Shown: in pieces, positions 31,218 to 40,389 of the stretch
Layout: every line of letters starts with the position of its first letter
Position numbering within the stretch: position 1 is the first letter of the stretch
Origin: Candidatus Melainabacteria bacterium 17Bon1m
Lineage (GTDB): Bacteria > Cyanobacteriota > Vampirovibrionia > Obscuribacterales > Obscuribacteraceae
Reading direction: 5' to 3'
DNA length: 64,000 bases
NCBI GenBank assembly: GCA_032128875.1
Contig: JAVLKG010000007.1
Location: 96,001-160,000 of the forward strand
The notes under the pieces: model-generated
Seen by the model: the letters and a program-made list of their open reading frames with translations, nothing else
Database searches by the model: none
What the model was told of the DNA's origin: nothing
Position numbers and translations under genes: made by a program

Positions 31218-31838
31218 TTGACGCCGGATAGAAAACCATTTGTAATTGGCATCACTGGAACAATCGGCTCCGGCAAGTCGACGGTTGGCAGCATTCTAGA
31301 AGAGCTCGGCGTGCCTGTTATCGACACAGACACAATTACCCACAACATTCAAAATAGCGAGAAAGTTAGGCGCGCTGTTGTTGAGCGTTTTGGAAAAAAT
31401 ATACTGAGCGACGATGGAACAGGCAAGATAGACCGCAAAAAACTAGGCGCCTTGGTATTCAAAGATCCCGTCGCCAAGCGCGATCTAGAAGCACTAATAC
31501 ATCCGGCCGTGATTTTAGAGAGTCGACGTTGCGTTGCAGCAAACTCTGACAAACCAATTGTCGCAATACTTGCACCGCTGCTTTTTGAAGCAAAAGTGCA
31601 AGGAGAATACGACGAGATATGGGCGATTGTGGCGAAGGAGGAGGTCCTCCGCGAACGGCTCGCCAAGCGCGACAACCTCAGCAACGAGTTGATTACACAG
31701 AGACTGGCAGCTCAATTGCCGCAGGAAGAGAAAGCACGTTTGTCTTCTGTTGTAATCGACAATTCGACATCACGCGAAGACACGAAGCGCCAGGTTGAGG
31801 TTAATCTTGAAAAACTCAAAGCGGGATTGAAGCGCTGA
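31218..31838 (+). CDS. coaE: Dephospho-CoA kinase
   Basis: GITGTIGSGKST, IDTD, IDRKKLG..VF, IHP, PLLFE, IDN. Confidence 0.95.
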   Translation: MTPDRKPFVIGITGTIGSGKSTVGSILEELGVPVIDTDTITHNIQNSEKVRRAVVERFGKNILSDDGTGKIDRKKLGALVFKDPVAKRDLEALIHPAVILESRRCVAANSDKPIVAILAPLLFEAKVQGEYDEIWAIVAKEEVLRERLAKRDNLSNELITQRLAAQLPQEEKARLSSVVIDNSTSREDTKRQVEVNLEKLKAGLKR

Positions 31839-31845
31839 CTAACAC

Positions 31846-34800
31846 CTAGTCCAAGATCTTCTTCAACTTGTTGGACCAATGCTTGTCTTTTTGATTTGGT
31901 CCGAAGCCTGAAAGATAGTCTTCCATCGCCTTCTCTGGATCTTGGGAAACATTTTGACCTGCCGAATTAGGCAGCGGGGCACCTTCTGGCACTGGATTGG
32001 CACCGGCTGCGGGGTCGATAACTTTTGTTCCGCACTCTCCACAAAAACGCGCGGTGGGATCAAGTGGAGCCTGGCAGGAAACACAAGTAGGAATGCGAAC
32101 GCCGAGCTTGTAGCCGCACTCTCCGCAGAAGTTAGAACCACCTTCCAGACGAGCCGAACACTCAGGGCAATGAGGAGCATCATCATCGCCTTGCGCGAAA
32201 CTCTGCACTGGTTGTTGAACGGGCTGTTGAACGCTACCATTCGGCTGAACCGGCTGCTGCATTGCCGGTTGCTGCGGGACACCTTGAGGAGGGTGGTATT
32301 GTGGTTGAGGCGTGCCTTGCTGTGGTGTTTGTGGCAACATCGGACGAGCTGCAACCTCAGGAAAAGCGCTTTCCGCCTCGGTTTCTTCGGGCGTATCTTT
32401 ATAAACTTGCGGTACATCTTCAGAACGCTGACCGCGCGAAAGACCACCTTTTATTCCACCCCAAGCGACGTTCTTTCCTTTTTTGCCGATGTTATCTGGA
32501 ATCGCAGGCACTGTGCCCATTCCCGGCAAGGATTCGTCGTTTTCAATGGCGTTGTATACACCGCCCTCCGATACCACAGGTGGTGCGGGCGGTGGCACTG
32601 GAGGCGTAGCAGGCGTCTCCACAGGACTTTGGAATGACTCTGGATACAAAGGCGAAATCTGCGGACGCTGCGGACCTTTACGGACAGGAGTACCAATATC
32701 CTTCGGCTTATCCGGGTCATGACCAGCGGGCAATGGCACACTCAAGTTAGGAGCAATTGGCGTGGGACCTTGCTCCATCCAGCTTCCACGATGGTGTTCT
32801 CCAGCGCCTGTCTGGTACTTATCACCAACGATATGCTCATGTGAATGGAAGGGACTTGGAGGCGGCGGAGGCTGCTCAGGAGCTGCTGGCTCAGCCGCTA
32901 CGGGCGCTTCTGCTGCTTGCGCTGCAATAGATTCCTGAGCTGCTGGTTGCTGCGGAGCACCCTGTTGAATTGGCGCACCTGGCTGAGCCGGAACACCCGG
33001 TTGAGGCGGCATCGCATTCACGTCCCCAGTTTGTTTTACCAGGTCTGGAGTTTCTGCAGAATGCTCTTTACCCTGCGAAGACCACTGTTGCAGCAAGGGC
33101 TTTTGTGCCTGCGCCGCTGGTTGAACCGGAACGTTCGTCTGTATGGGTTGGCCTGGTTGAAGCGGCGGTGCCTGAATGTGCGGCTGCGTTGGCGGAGGCG
33201 GCGGAGGCGGGGGCTGCATAGGCGAGTCCCACGGATTTGGCGCTGGTGGTTGACCTGCAGGGGATTGTACCGCTGGTGGCTGAGCGGCCGACGACTTTGT
33301 ATCACCAACATTGACCGGTGCAACAAAAGTCTGAATGATAAAGCCTTCCTCGTCCACCTCAGGCTCTTCCGATTTCACCGCCGCCTGCAATGGTGAAGCT
33401 ACATCAGCCGGAAGCTGACCAAACGCAGCGGCAGCCGCAGCTGCAATGATATCCACATCTGCAGCAATAGGCTCTGGAACAGGTGCAAAATGCTCAAGGG
33501 GGGCTGGCGGTGGCGCTTCTACCTTAACTGCAGCTGGCTCGGGAAGAGCTGGGGACTGTGTAACGACGAGCGGTTCTGGAGCAGTAGGCGTCGGCGCTGG
33601 TTCTGGAACGGCCGGAGTTGGCTCCGCCGCCACTTCAACATTCTTGCCCTTGCGCCCTTTCCTGCCTTTAGCCGGAGTGACAGGTGTTTCTGCGGCAGAA
33701 GCAGCAATTTCAGATGACGGTGGCGGAGCGACCAACGGAGCTGGGGCAGATGGCGTTGCCGCGGGCGGGAGCCCGGATGCATTCGATGGTATCTGAGGCC
33801 TGGGTCTGAATACCGAATTGTCTTTCAACTTCGGCAAATTCAGTTGAGATGGATTCGGATCAGGAATTACAAATCCAGCCGGTAAACCAGGATGCGTGCG
33901 CGCCGCAGCCTTAGCCGCTTCATTCACGATTGCCTTATTCGCTATTCCTGCTATTTCCGGCGCGGACTTATCGTCGATAAGCGGTTCTTCATCGGGACCT
34001 ATCGGAATACCAAACACGTTGTATTTAATACCGGCAGCTTCCTTGGCTTCAGGCGCAGGCACTGCTGAAGGCGCCGCGGCGGCCGGCTGTACAGGCGCCA
34101 TGTGTTGAAGAACATTCTGCTGTGTCGCTTGAAACAGCGGATCTGGAGCTTCAAGCGGCTTACTGGAGAAAGAATGCTGCGGGGCTTGTGAAGCAGTTTG
34201 CGCTGTTGGGAGATTCGGCAAAACATGAGGCATTGCTGGAGGAGGAGTATTTTCCCTCGCCGCTGCGGATTGCTGCAATGGAGCAAGTAACTCATCCAGC
34301 ATTGGGTCGGGACGAATCGGAATGGACTCAGCCACTGGCTTAGAGACAACCGGCTTGATGATTACGGGCAAATCATCGTTTATCAAACCCGGATCCGGTT
34401 TGACAGGTATTGCGGCAGGTGAAGACTGTGCTGCCACCATGGGAGGTGCCTGCTGGGGCTGAGACTGAGGTTGTGGTCTGACAGGTATAGCATGAGGCGG
34501 ACTTGGCTGAACAGGCGGCAAAGTCTGCGGCTGTGACGGCATCGGAGCAGTCACTGGTTTGACTGGAACGATTTGAATTTGAGGCTGCGGTGGTGGCGCC
34601 GGGGGCGGAGGTAGTGGCGCCGGAGGAGGTGGTGGTGGCGCTTGCACCGGCTGCTGCACCGGCTGCGGCTGCACTTGGTGCGGAACAGGCTGTTGTGCTG
34701 GCTGGGGTGACGCCGCTTGTTGCACAACCTGCGGCTGAACTGGTTGTTGCACAGGTTGAACAGGGGCCTGAGCAGGAGCCTTCGAAGGCATGCCTGGGTC

Positions 34801-37800
34801 TGGCAACACTGGAATGTTGGACGCCGGTGTATGAGCCACATTCGGCTTCGCCCCAGGCTGCATACCCGGATCCGGTTTTACAGGAATCGCCGCCGCGGCT
34901 CCACCTTGTTGTGCCGATTTTGCAGCCGGCTTTACTACTCCAGGATCTGGCTTGACCGGGATTTGATCCGGTTTTACGGGAATTTGATCCGGCTTTGCAG
35001 GACGCTTCGGTTCGACCGGAGCTATCGTCGCCGGAGGAGGTGGAGGAGGCGGTGGTGTTGCCGGTGCAGCGGCTTGAACGACGGGAAGTGGCTGTCCACC
35101 AGCCTTTGGTGCGGCCAACTGAAATCCGCCTTCCGCAAGGAAAAAACTAGGAAGCAGCGACTCGCCATTGAATGATGATGGACTCGAAAGGTACAAAGCC
35201 TCTCTCGTTCTTGTTATTGCAAGATAAAACAGACGACGTTCTTCTTCCAGATCGTTCACATCAGATGGGAATAGCCCATCAGACATACCGACAACAAAAA
35301 CGATTGGGTACTCCAATCCCTTTGTCTCATTGACATTCAAAATCCGGACTGGGCCTTCATTTCCTTCGCCCTTGTCTTGCTGCCGTGCGCTCCATGTTTT
35401 TACAAACTCAGAAACGCTCTTATATTGGCGAGCTTCCTCCTCCAATTGAGCAAGTTTTCTCAGCGGCTCATAATTGACTCCAGCTGGCACTTTGATTGAT
35501 TTGTAAAACTCATTGAGGCGCTGCGTACGTTTCAAAAGCGAAATCGTTTCTGCCGGCGGAAGTTTTTCCGCGTGCATGGTACGAATGATGCGAACGAGCT
35601 GTGCTAGGTCGATGCAAGAAGGATCTGAAACAGCTTCCGAATAGATCTCGACTGCCTTCAAATAAGAAAGATTGTTCGCCTCACCAAAACTGGCTATAGT
35701 TGCGGATAATTTCGGATCAACCTCTTTCACGCGCAATTGGCAAATACGTTCGAAAGACTCTCGCGCTTTTGGACCGTCAGGATCCATAACCAGCCTCAAG
35801 AACGCCATGACATCGCCGACTTCGTCCGGGATCATGCCAGCGTCAGGATGGGTCGCAATACAACGAATATTGCGTCGCGAAAGAGCCTCTTCAATCAGAA
35901 TTGCATAGCTGTTCTGCCGATAAAGCACAACAATCTCGCCGGATTGCCTGCCACTATCTATGAGTATCTGCACCTCATCTGCAACCCACTCGGACTCTGC
36001 CATCTCATCGGCAAGAATCTGCGGTCCGATGACTGCCTCTGTAGGTGCTGGTCCCCAGCCAGTCGTGAAATCCTTTTGCATACGGCGACGCTCGAGAGCG
36101 CGCACCACATGACGTGCATTCTCGACAATTGCAGGGTGACACCGCCAGTTTTTATCGAGTGTGTAACATCTTGCATTCGGGAGGCGCAGCGACACTTCAG
36201 GCAAAAGACGCGGCAAACTCCCCTTCGCCTCCCAGATAGTGAGATCTTCATCGCCCAGGATGAAGAGATTGTCCTGAGGGAAAGAAAGCAAGCGTGCGAG
36301 TAAATCCATCGCTGCAGAGGCATCTTGATACTCATCAATAAGCACGTATTCGAACTGATATTGATAGCGCGCACGCACATCAGCGTTTTCAACCAGCAAA
36401 TTGGCGGACAAAGTAATCATGTCATCGCGGTCAACGCGATTGGCTTTCTGCAATTGGTCTTCGTACGCCTGAAAAACCTTTGCGACCAGCTCATCAACAT
36501 CACCTTTGCCGCGCTCTTTAACGTGCTTGGGTGCAACCAAATTCGCTTTGTAGAGTGAAATCAATGACACAAGAGTAAACTCGTCGAGCTCTTCGGAAAG
36601 CTCAAGCGTTACCGGGTCGAGGTCCTTTTTATACTTCTGCAAAAGACGCTGAATCACTTTCAGAACATTTTGCTCAACCTTCAAAGGAGGCTTGCGTTTT
36701 ATTGCTGAAAGGTTTTCCTTTAGTATCTTCAGACCTAGATCATGCCAAGTAAAGAAGTTGACCTTTTGCGCAAGGAGCTTGTCGCCAATTTCATCGACCA
36801 TTGCTCGAAGCGGTGTAAGCGTTTCTTTTGAAAAGCTGATTACAAGAATCGATTCAGGATTGATACCTTGATTGAGCAAGTTGACTACGCGGTGAGCAAG
36901 CACGGTGGTCTTGCCGCATCCTGCACCACCAGTAATGGCAGCAGGACCGGCGCCGTGCGATATCGCCATGCGCTGCACTTCGTCTTCAACAACCAGCTCC
37001 GGCACAACAATATTGGCGTTGCCTTGAATCAGGCGTCCAAACGAGGACTTCTTCAACCCGCCGCGCCATACGTCTTCTACAGCATCAGCACAAGCAACTA
37101 CGTTGCTCATAATTTCCGAGTTAGTCAAGCGAACAATGCGCCAACCATCACTAAGCAGTTCTAGATTCTTCTTCGCTTCTGCGGAATATGAGCTACCGCC
37201 ATCGAGTGACGACACATTATCTATCTCGACATCCAATTTTGAATGACGATTGAAGATTGCAAAGTCCAGCATGTAGTCGCCGACCACATGCATTGGAGTT
37301 ATCGGAAATTCCCTCGCCTTGAGTGTTTTATAAAGATAGTACTCAGCCTTCAGCATCGGAGGCAGTCCTTCCTCTTTCATCTGGCTGAAGTGGTGCAAAT
37401 CAATTGTGGTTGCTTCGAGGATGTAGAGAACCTTCTCCCAGGTCACTTTTCGACCTGCGTACTCAAGGTCCTCGCAGTTACCACCTAAGCTAATCAACTC
37501 GTAGTAGTCGTGCTTTGTAGTGATAAGCAAAGGCTTACCGTTCAAAGCCCGTGGATACAGAATGTGATGGTAGAGATACCAGAGCTGTTGTGCTGTTTGC
37601 GGCGGCGTGAAGTTGTTGATAACCGTTACTGGCGCACCGGTCAGATCAAGCTCGAACTGCGTTGCGACAGGTCTGCCGAACGATGTTCCGCGCACAGCCT
37701 GGTCCCACAGCCTTGCGGCCTGCTGATAAATTGCAGCTCCTTCGACAACTGCCGGTGTGATGCCGCGTGATTTCAGGTTGATGACGGCAGATTCAACATA

Positions 37801-37965
37801 TGGTTCTGCTGCTTCGTCGAAGTTGGAAACTAGAAGACCGCGCGTGGAGCCCTTATAAAGCCCAACTGTCTCAACAAACCAATGCAATGCCTCCCTGCAA
37901 TCTATAGGCTGCACGGGCATCTTGTTAGGTTGTTCGGACTCACGCTGACCTTTGGCCAATTGCAA
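31846..37965 (-). CDS. Giant multidomain UvrD/PcrA-like protein (degenerate AAA+, DUF559, SF1 helicase core, Pro/Gln-rich region, double zinc ribbon)
   Basis: GGAGCGKT, LIDEYQD, KGLEY, EERRLFYLAITR; DUF559-like LDFA...VEID...GWRIVR; C-terminal CPEC/CGEC/CVSC/CGEC. Confidence 0.85.
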   Translation of the reverse strand: MQLAKGQRESEQPNKMPVQPIDCREALHWFVETVGLYKGSTRGLLVSNFDEAAEPYVESAVINLKSRGITPAVVEGAAIYQQAARLWDQAVRGTSFGRPVATQFELDLTGAPVTVINNFTPPQTAQQLWYLYHHILYPRALNGKPLLITTKHDYYELISLGGNCEDLEYAGRKVTWEKVLYILEATTIDLHHFSQMKEEGLPPMLKAEYYLYKTLKAREFPITPMHVVGDYMLDFAIFNRHSKLDVEIDNVSSLDGGSSYSAEAKKNLELLSDGWRIVRLTNSEIMSNVVACADAVEDVWRGGLKKSSFGRLIQGNANIVVPELVVEDEVQRMAISHGAGPAAITGGAGCGKTTVLAHRVVNLLNQGINPESILVISFSKETLTPLRAMVDEIGDKLLAQKVNFFTWHDLGLKILKENLSAIKRKPPLKVEQNVLKVIQRLLQKYKKDLDPVTLELSEELDEFTLVSLISLYKANLVAPKHVKERGKGDVDELVAKVFQAYEDQLQKANRVDRDDMITLSANLLVENADVRARYQYQFEYVLIDEYQDASAAMDLLARLLSFPQDNLFILGDEDLTIWEAKGSLPRLLPEVSLRLPNARCYTLDKNWRCHPAIVENARHVVRALERRRMQKDFTTGWGPAPTEAVIGPQILADEMAESEWVADEVQILIDSGRQSGEIVVLYRQNSYAILIEEALSRRNIRCIATHPDAGMIPDEVGDVMAFLRLVMDPDGPKARESFERICQLRVKEVDPKLSATIASFGEANNLSYLKAVEIYSEAVSDPSCIDLAQLVRIIRTMHAEKLPPAETISLLKRTQRLNEFYKSIKVPAGVNYEPLRKLAQLEEEARQYKSVSEFVKTWSARQQDKGEGNEGPVRILNVNETKGLEYPIVFVVGMSDGLFPSDVNDLEEERRLFYLAITRTREALYLSSPSSFNGESLLPSFFLAEGGFQLAAPKAGGQPLPVVQAAAPATPPPPPPPPATIAPVEPKRPAKPDQIPVKPDQIPVKPDPGVVKPAAKSAQQGGAAAAIPVKPDPGMQPGAKPNVAHTPASNIPVLPDPGMPSKAPAQAPVQPVQQPVQPQVVQQAASPQPAQQPVPHQVQPQPVQQPVQAPPPPPPAPLPPPPAPPPQPQIQIVPVKPVTAPMPSQPQTLPPVQPSPPHAIPVRPQPQSQPQQAPPMVAAQSSPAAIPVKPDPGLINDDLPVIIKPVVSKPVAESIPIRPDPMLDELLAPLQQSAAARENTPPPAMPHVLPNLPTAQTASQAPQHSFSSKPLEAPDPLFQATQQNVLQHMAPVQPAAAAPSAVPAPEAKEAAGIKYNVFGIPIGPDEEPLIDDKSAPEIAGIANKAIVNEAAKAAARTHPGLPAGFVIPDPNPSQLNLPKLKDNSVFRPRPQIPSNASGLPPAATPSAPAPLVAPPPSSEIAASAAETPVTPAKGRKGRKGKNVEVAAEPTPAVPEPAPTPTAPEPLVVTQSPALPEPAAVKVEAPPPAPLEHFAPVPEPIAADVDIIAAAAAAAFGQLPADVASPLQAAVKSEEPEVDEEGFIIQTFVAPVNVGDTKSSAAQPPAVQSPAGQPPAPNPWDSPMQPPPPPPPPTQPHIQAPPLQPGQPIQTNVPVQPAAQAQKPLLQQWSSQGKEHSAETPDLVKQTGDVNAMPPQPGVPAQPGAPIQQGAPQQPAAQESIAAQAAEAPVAAEPAAPEQPPPPPSPFHSHEHIVGDKYQTGAGEHHRGSWMEQGPTPIAPNLSVPLPAGHDPDKPKDIGTPVRKGPQRPQISPLYPESFQSPVETPATPPVPPPAPPVVSEGGVYNAIENDESLPGMGTVPAIPDNIGKKGKNVAWGGIKGGLSRGQRSEDVPQVYKDTPEETEAESAFPEVAARPMLPQTPQQGTPQPQYHPPQGVPQQPAMQQPVQPNGSVQQPVQQPVQSFAQGDDDAPHCPECSARLEGGSNFCGECGYKLGVRIPTCVSCQAPLDPTARFCGECGTKVIDPAAGANPVPEGAPLPNSAGQNVSQDPEKAMEDYLSGFGPNQKDKHWSNKLKKILD

Positions 37966-38318
37966 AACCCTTTCGACAGCGGAAATTGCTGACCTTTGTA
38001 CGGGATGTAGATGATTCTACTTGATAACCTTATTACTTGAAAACTATAGCTATGTATCTAATACCTGGTCCTTCGAGTTTTTACTCAAGTAGCCGATAAT
38101 CAGATTAATTCTCACAGCCATGGCTCCAAAGGCCCGTCATTTGGCTGTTAACGGATTTAACACAGGGTCGTCTTGACATTATCACTGTGGAATAGGGAAT
38201 AGTACAATGGACCTGTGGTTCTATATGAACGTATGGAACTTCATGGCAACCGGCATTCTAAGATGGTTTCCGTTATTAGGGGCCGCCAGGAACCTCAGCA
38301 AAGGAGAGGACGTTTTCT

Positions 38319-38576
38319 ATGAGACAAGCATTCCTAGCTTTGTCAGTTTTACTTGTAGCTTCGTTACCAGCTAACGCACAAGCCTGCGGAGATGAAGGTC
38401 GTTATTTCCACCTTAAGCCTCCGTCTTGGACACTCACATCTGCAAGAAGACACGCCGTGCACCGCATGGCTAAAGCACTTCGTTGGTACCGTGAGCACCT
38501 CGGCAACAAACCGATCTGCGAACAATCCAACATCCAGGGTATTCAGTGGACCCAAGTTAACCCGCCAACCCGCTAA
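38319..38576 (+). CDS. Small exported hypothetical protein
   Basis: GGAGAGG RBS; signal peptide ending PANA; two Cys. Confidence 0.65.
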   Translation: MRQAFLALSVLLVASLPANAQACGDEGRYFHLKPPSWTLTSARRHAVHRMAKALRWYREHLGNKPICEQSNIQGIQWTQVNPPTR

Positions 38577-38638
38577 GAGTCAGACAGACATTTACGTCAG
38601 TTCTCTCTCCGCCGCGTAAGGCAGTGTTCACTTAGTTT

Positions 38639-38668
38639 GGCAAGCATGCTAGTCATGCTTGCCTTTCC
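38639..38668 (+). terminator. Intrinsic terminator-like hairpin
   Basis: GGCAAGCATG-CTAGT-CATGCTTGCC followed by TTTCC. Confidence 0.6.
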
Positions 38669-38809
38669 TGGTATCTTTCAAAACCGTCAAATAATCGCGC
38701 AAACTCTGCGTCTGGTTATGTTGGCGGTTTTTCTGCGTCTGGATTTTGTTTCAGCGAACCCCAGGTTCTATAAAAAGACCTCACTCACCACTCAAAAGGA
38801 GACATCGTA

Positions 38810-38845
38810 ATGCTCAAGGTCATAAGGAATAAAGGATCCAGCTAA
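38810..38845 (+). CDS. 11-aa uORF MLKVIRNKGSS (leader peptide, or the frameshifted N-terminus of the methyltransferase)
   Basis: Strong AAAAGGAGA RBS; TAA ends 1 nt before the TTG of the next ORF. Confidence 0.5.
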   Translation: MLKVIRNKGSS

Positions 38846-38846
38846 C

Positions 38847-39479
38847 TTGATTGATTTGAATTCGAACGACTCATCGCACCTTATCGACGACGGGAAGGGG
38901 ATAGTGGTGGACTTAGGGACCGGAGACGGTCGCTTTGTCTGCCAGAGCGCCCGTCAAAACCCTCACAAGTTCTATCTGGGAATCGACGCATCCTCGAATC
39001 TTCTGGAAAAGACATCGGAGAAAATCCATCGTAAGCCTGCCAAAGGCGGGCTGAAGAATGCTCTTTTCATTCAGGCGGCGGTGGAGGCGCTCCCTGAAGA
39101 GCTTGATGGTGTTGCCAATGAGGTGCACATTCACTTTCCATGGGGCAGTCTCCTCAAGGGGGTTGCCACCGGGGATGAAACCATGCTGAAAAACATCCAC
39201 CGCATTTGTGCACCAGATGCGGTATTGGAGGTGTTAATCGGAGTTGATGAGCAACGTGACGCCACAGAACTACGGCGCCTGGGAATCGACAGCTTGTCAG
39301 CTGATCTGATCGATGCAAAGTTAGCGCAGCGATACAAAGCTAGCGGATTTCGCATCATCGAAACCGGCACGTTTTCAGCAGGTAATTGGCCGAACATTTG
39401 CACATCCTGGGCGCAGCGATTGAAAACAAATGACAATCGCAATCTCGTTTACATCATTGCTACAACAGCGAAAGCGTAG
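38847..39479 (+). CDS. 16S rRNA m1A1408 aminoglycoside-resistance methyltransferase, NpmA/KamB family
   Basis: DLGTGDG, YLGID, RKPAKGGLKN, AAVEALPEEL, HFPWGSLL and TSWAQRL match NpmA/KamB motifs, including both substrate-stacking Trp residues. Confidence 0.85.
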   Translation: MIDLNSNDSSHLIDDGKGIVVDLGTGDGRFVCQSARQNPHKFYLGIDASSNLLEKTSEKIHRKPAKGGLKNALFIQAAVEALPEELDGVANEVHIHFPWGSLLKGVATGDETMLKNIHRICAPDAVLEVLIGVDEQRDATELRRLGIDSLSADLIDAKLAQRYKASGFRIIETGTFSAGNWPNICTSWAQRLKTNDNRNLVYIIATTAKA

Positions 39480-39613
39480 TGGTGCATCACATTTAACTGA
39501 ATTGCGAAGACCACCTACTCATCGACTCTGCTGCGACGCGCGCTTGAGTCTTATCGCTATTCATTTCAAATGCTCTGTTGAGTGAAAGTCATGAAACAGA
39601 GCAAGAGCGAAAA

Positions 39614-40171
39614 TTATCGCGTTTCTTGTGATTCAAACTTTGTTTGCGCAAGCTCAAAAGCAGTCAGAATAGCTTGGATATCGTCTCTTTGGCGCTGCGT
39701 ATCGCTGCGATACACGCCGTTGTTGTACTTCACACCAATTTCCCAGAGGTCATCGCGAGTCAATTCATCCTTGTTGTCCTTAACGAAATTGACCATCCGA
39801 TCCCAACTGCCTCTATCCATCAAACCAGCCATAACTTGAATATCTTGTCCATGATAGCGACCGCTGCTATGGGCGGACTCCAATTCCGCGCGGCTTATGC
39901 CGCCACTCTTATCAGCATCCAAACTGCTAAACATTTCCAGAGCATGAACGGTAAATGAGTTAACTCCTGGAATTTGCTCGTCGCTTACCGTTCTATTTGA
40001 ATCATTCACGTCTCTCAAATGTATAGTCTCTGCTTCCTTTTGCGGTTTTGCGTAGGCGGTAGAAGCCTCATTTTCCCAGGCATTGCCGTCTTCGGAACCA
40101 TGCTGTTCTGGGAGATCGGCAGTTTCCACAGGTGGGACAAAGACGTAATCTTGTTGCGATGATTTGCTCAT
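39614..40171 (-). CDS. Hypothetical EF-hand protein
   Basis: LDADKSGGISRAEL EF-hand loop; start placed at MSKSS. Confidence 0.7.
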   Translation of the reverse strand: MSKSSQQDYVFVPPVETADLPEQHGSEDGNAWENEASTAYAKPQKEAETIHLRDVNDSNRTVSDEQIPGVNSFTVHALEMFSSLDADKSGGISRAELESAHSSGRYHGQDIQVMAGLMDRGSWDRMVNFVKDNKDELTRDDLWEIGVKYNNGVYRSDTQRQRDDIQAILTAFELAQTKFESQETR

Positions 40172-40389
40172 GGAGAAATCGCTCCGAATTGCGAGTGGGG
40201 AGACAAGAGGCTTGTATTCGAGAGGAGAGATTGAGGGGGAGCTCAATCAATCTGGAGACTTGCGGGGGGTTGCAATCACCATAAAGCGCAATTTGGAAAT
40301 TTTGCGGTAGCGCCGCAAGCTAGAACCATCCGGAACAAGAGTTGAGAGCCATTAAAGACAAAAATAAAGAGCCAAAATGAATTAGCACC

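Noticed and set aside
31863-35175. Many short ORFs overlapping the Pro-rich region
   Set aside because: Alternative-frame artefacts of low-complexity GC-rich codons
38170-38318. Possible riboswitch or 55-aa ORF upstream of 38319
   Set aside because: Some pairing (CTGTGGTTC/GAACCTCAG) but no recognisable aptamer consensus; the ORF overlaps the better-supported gene
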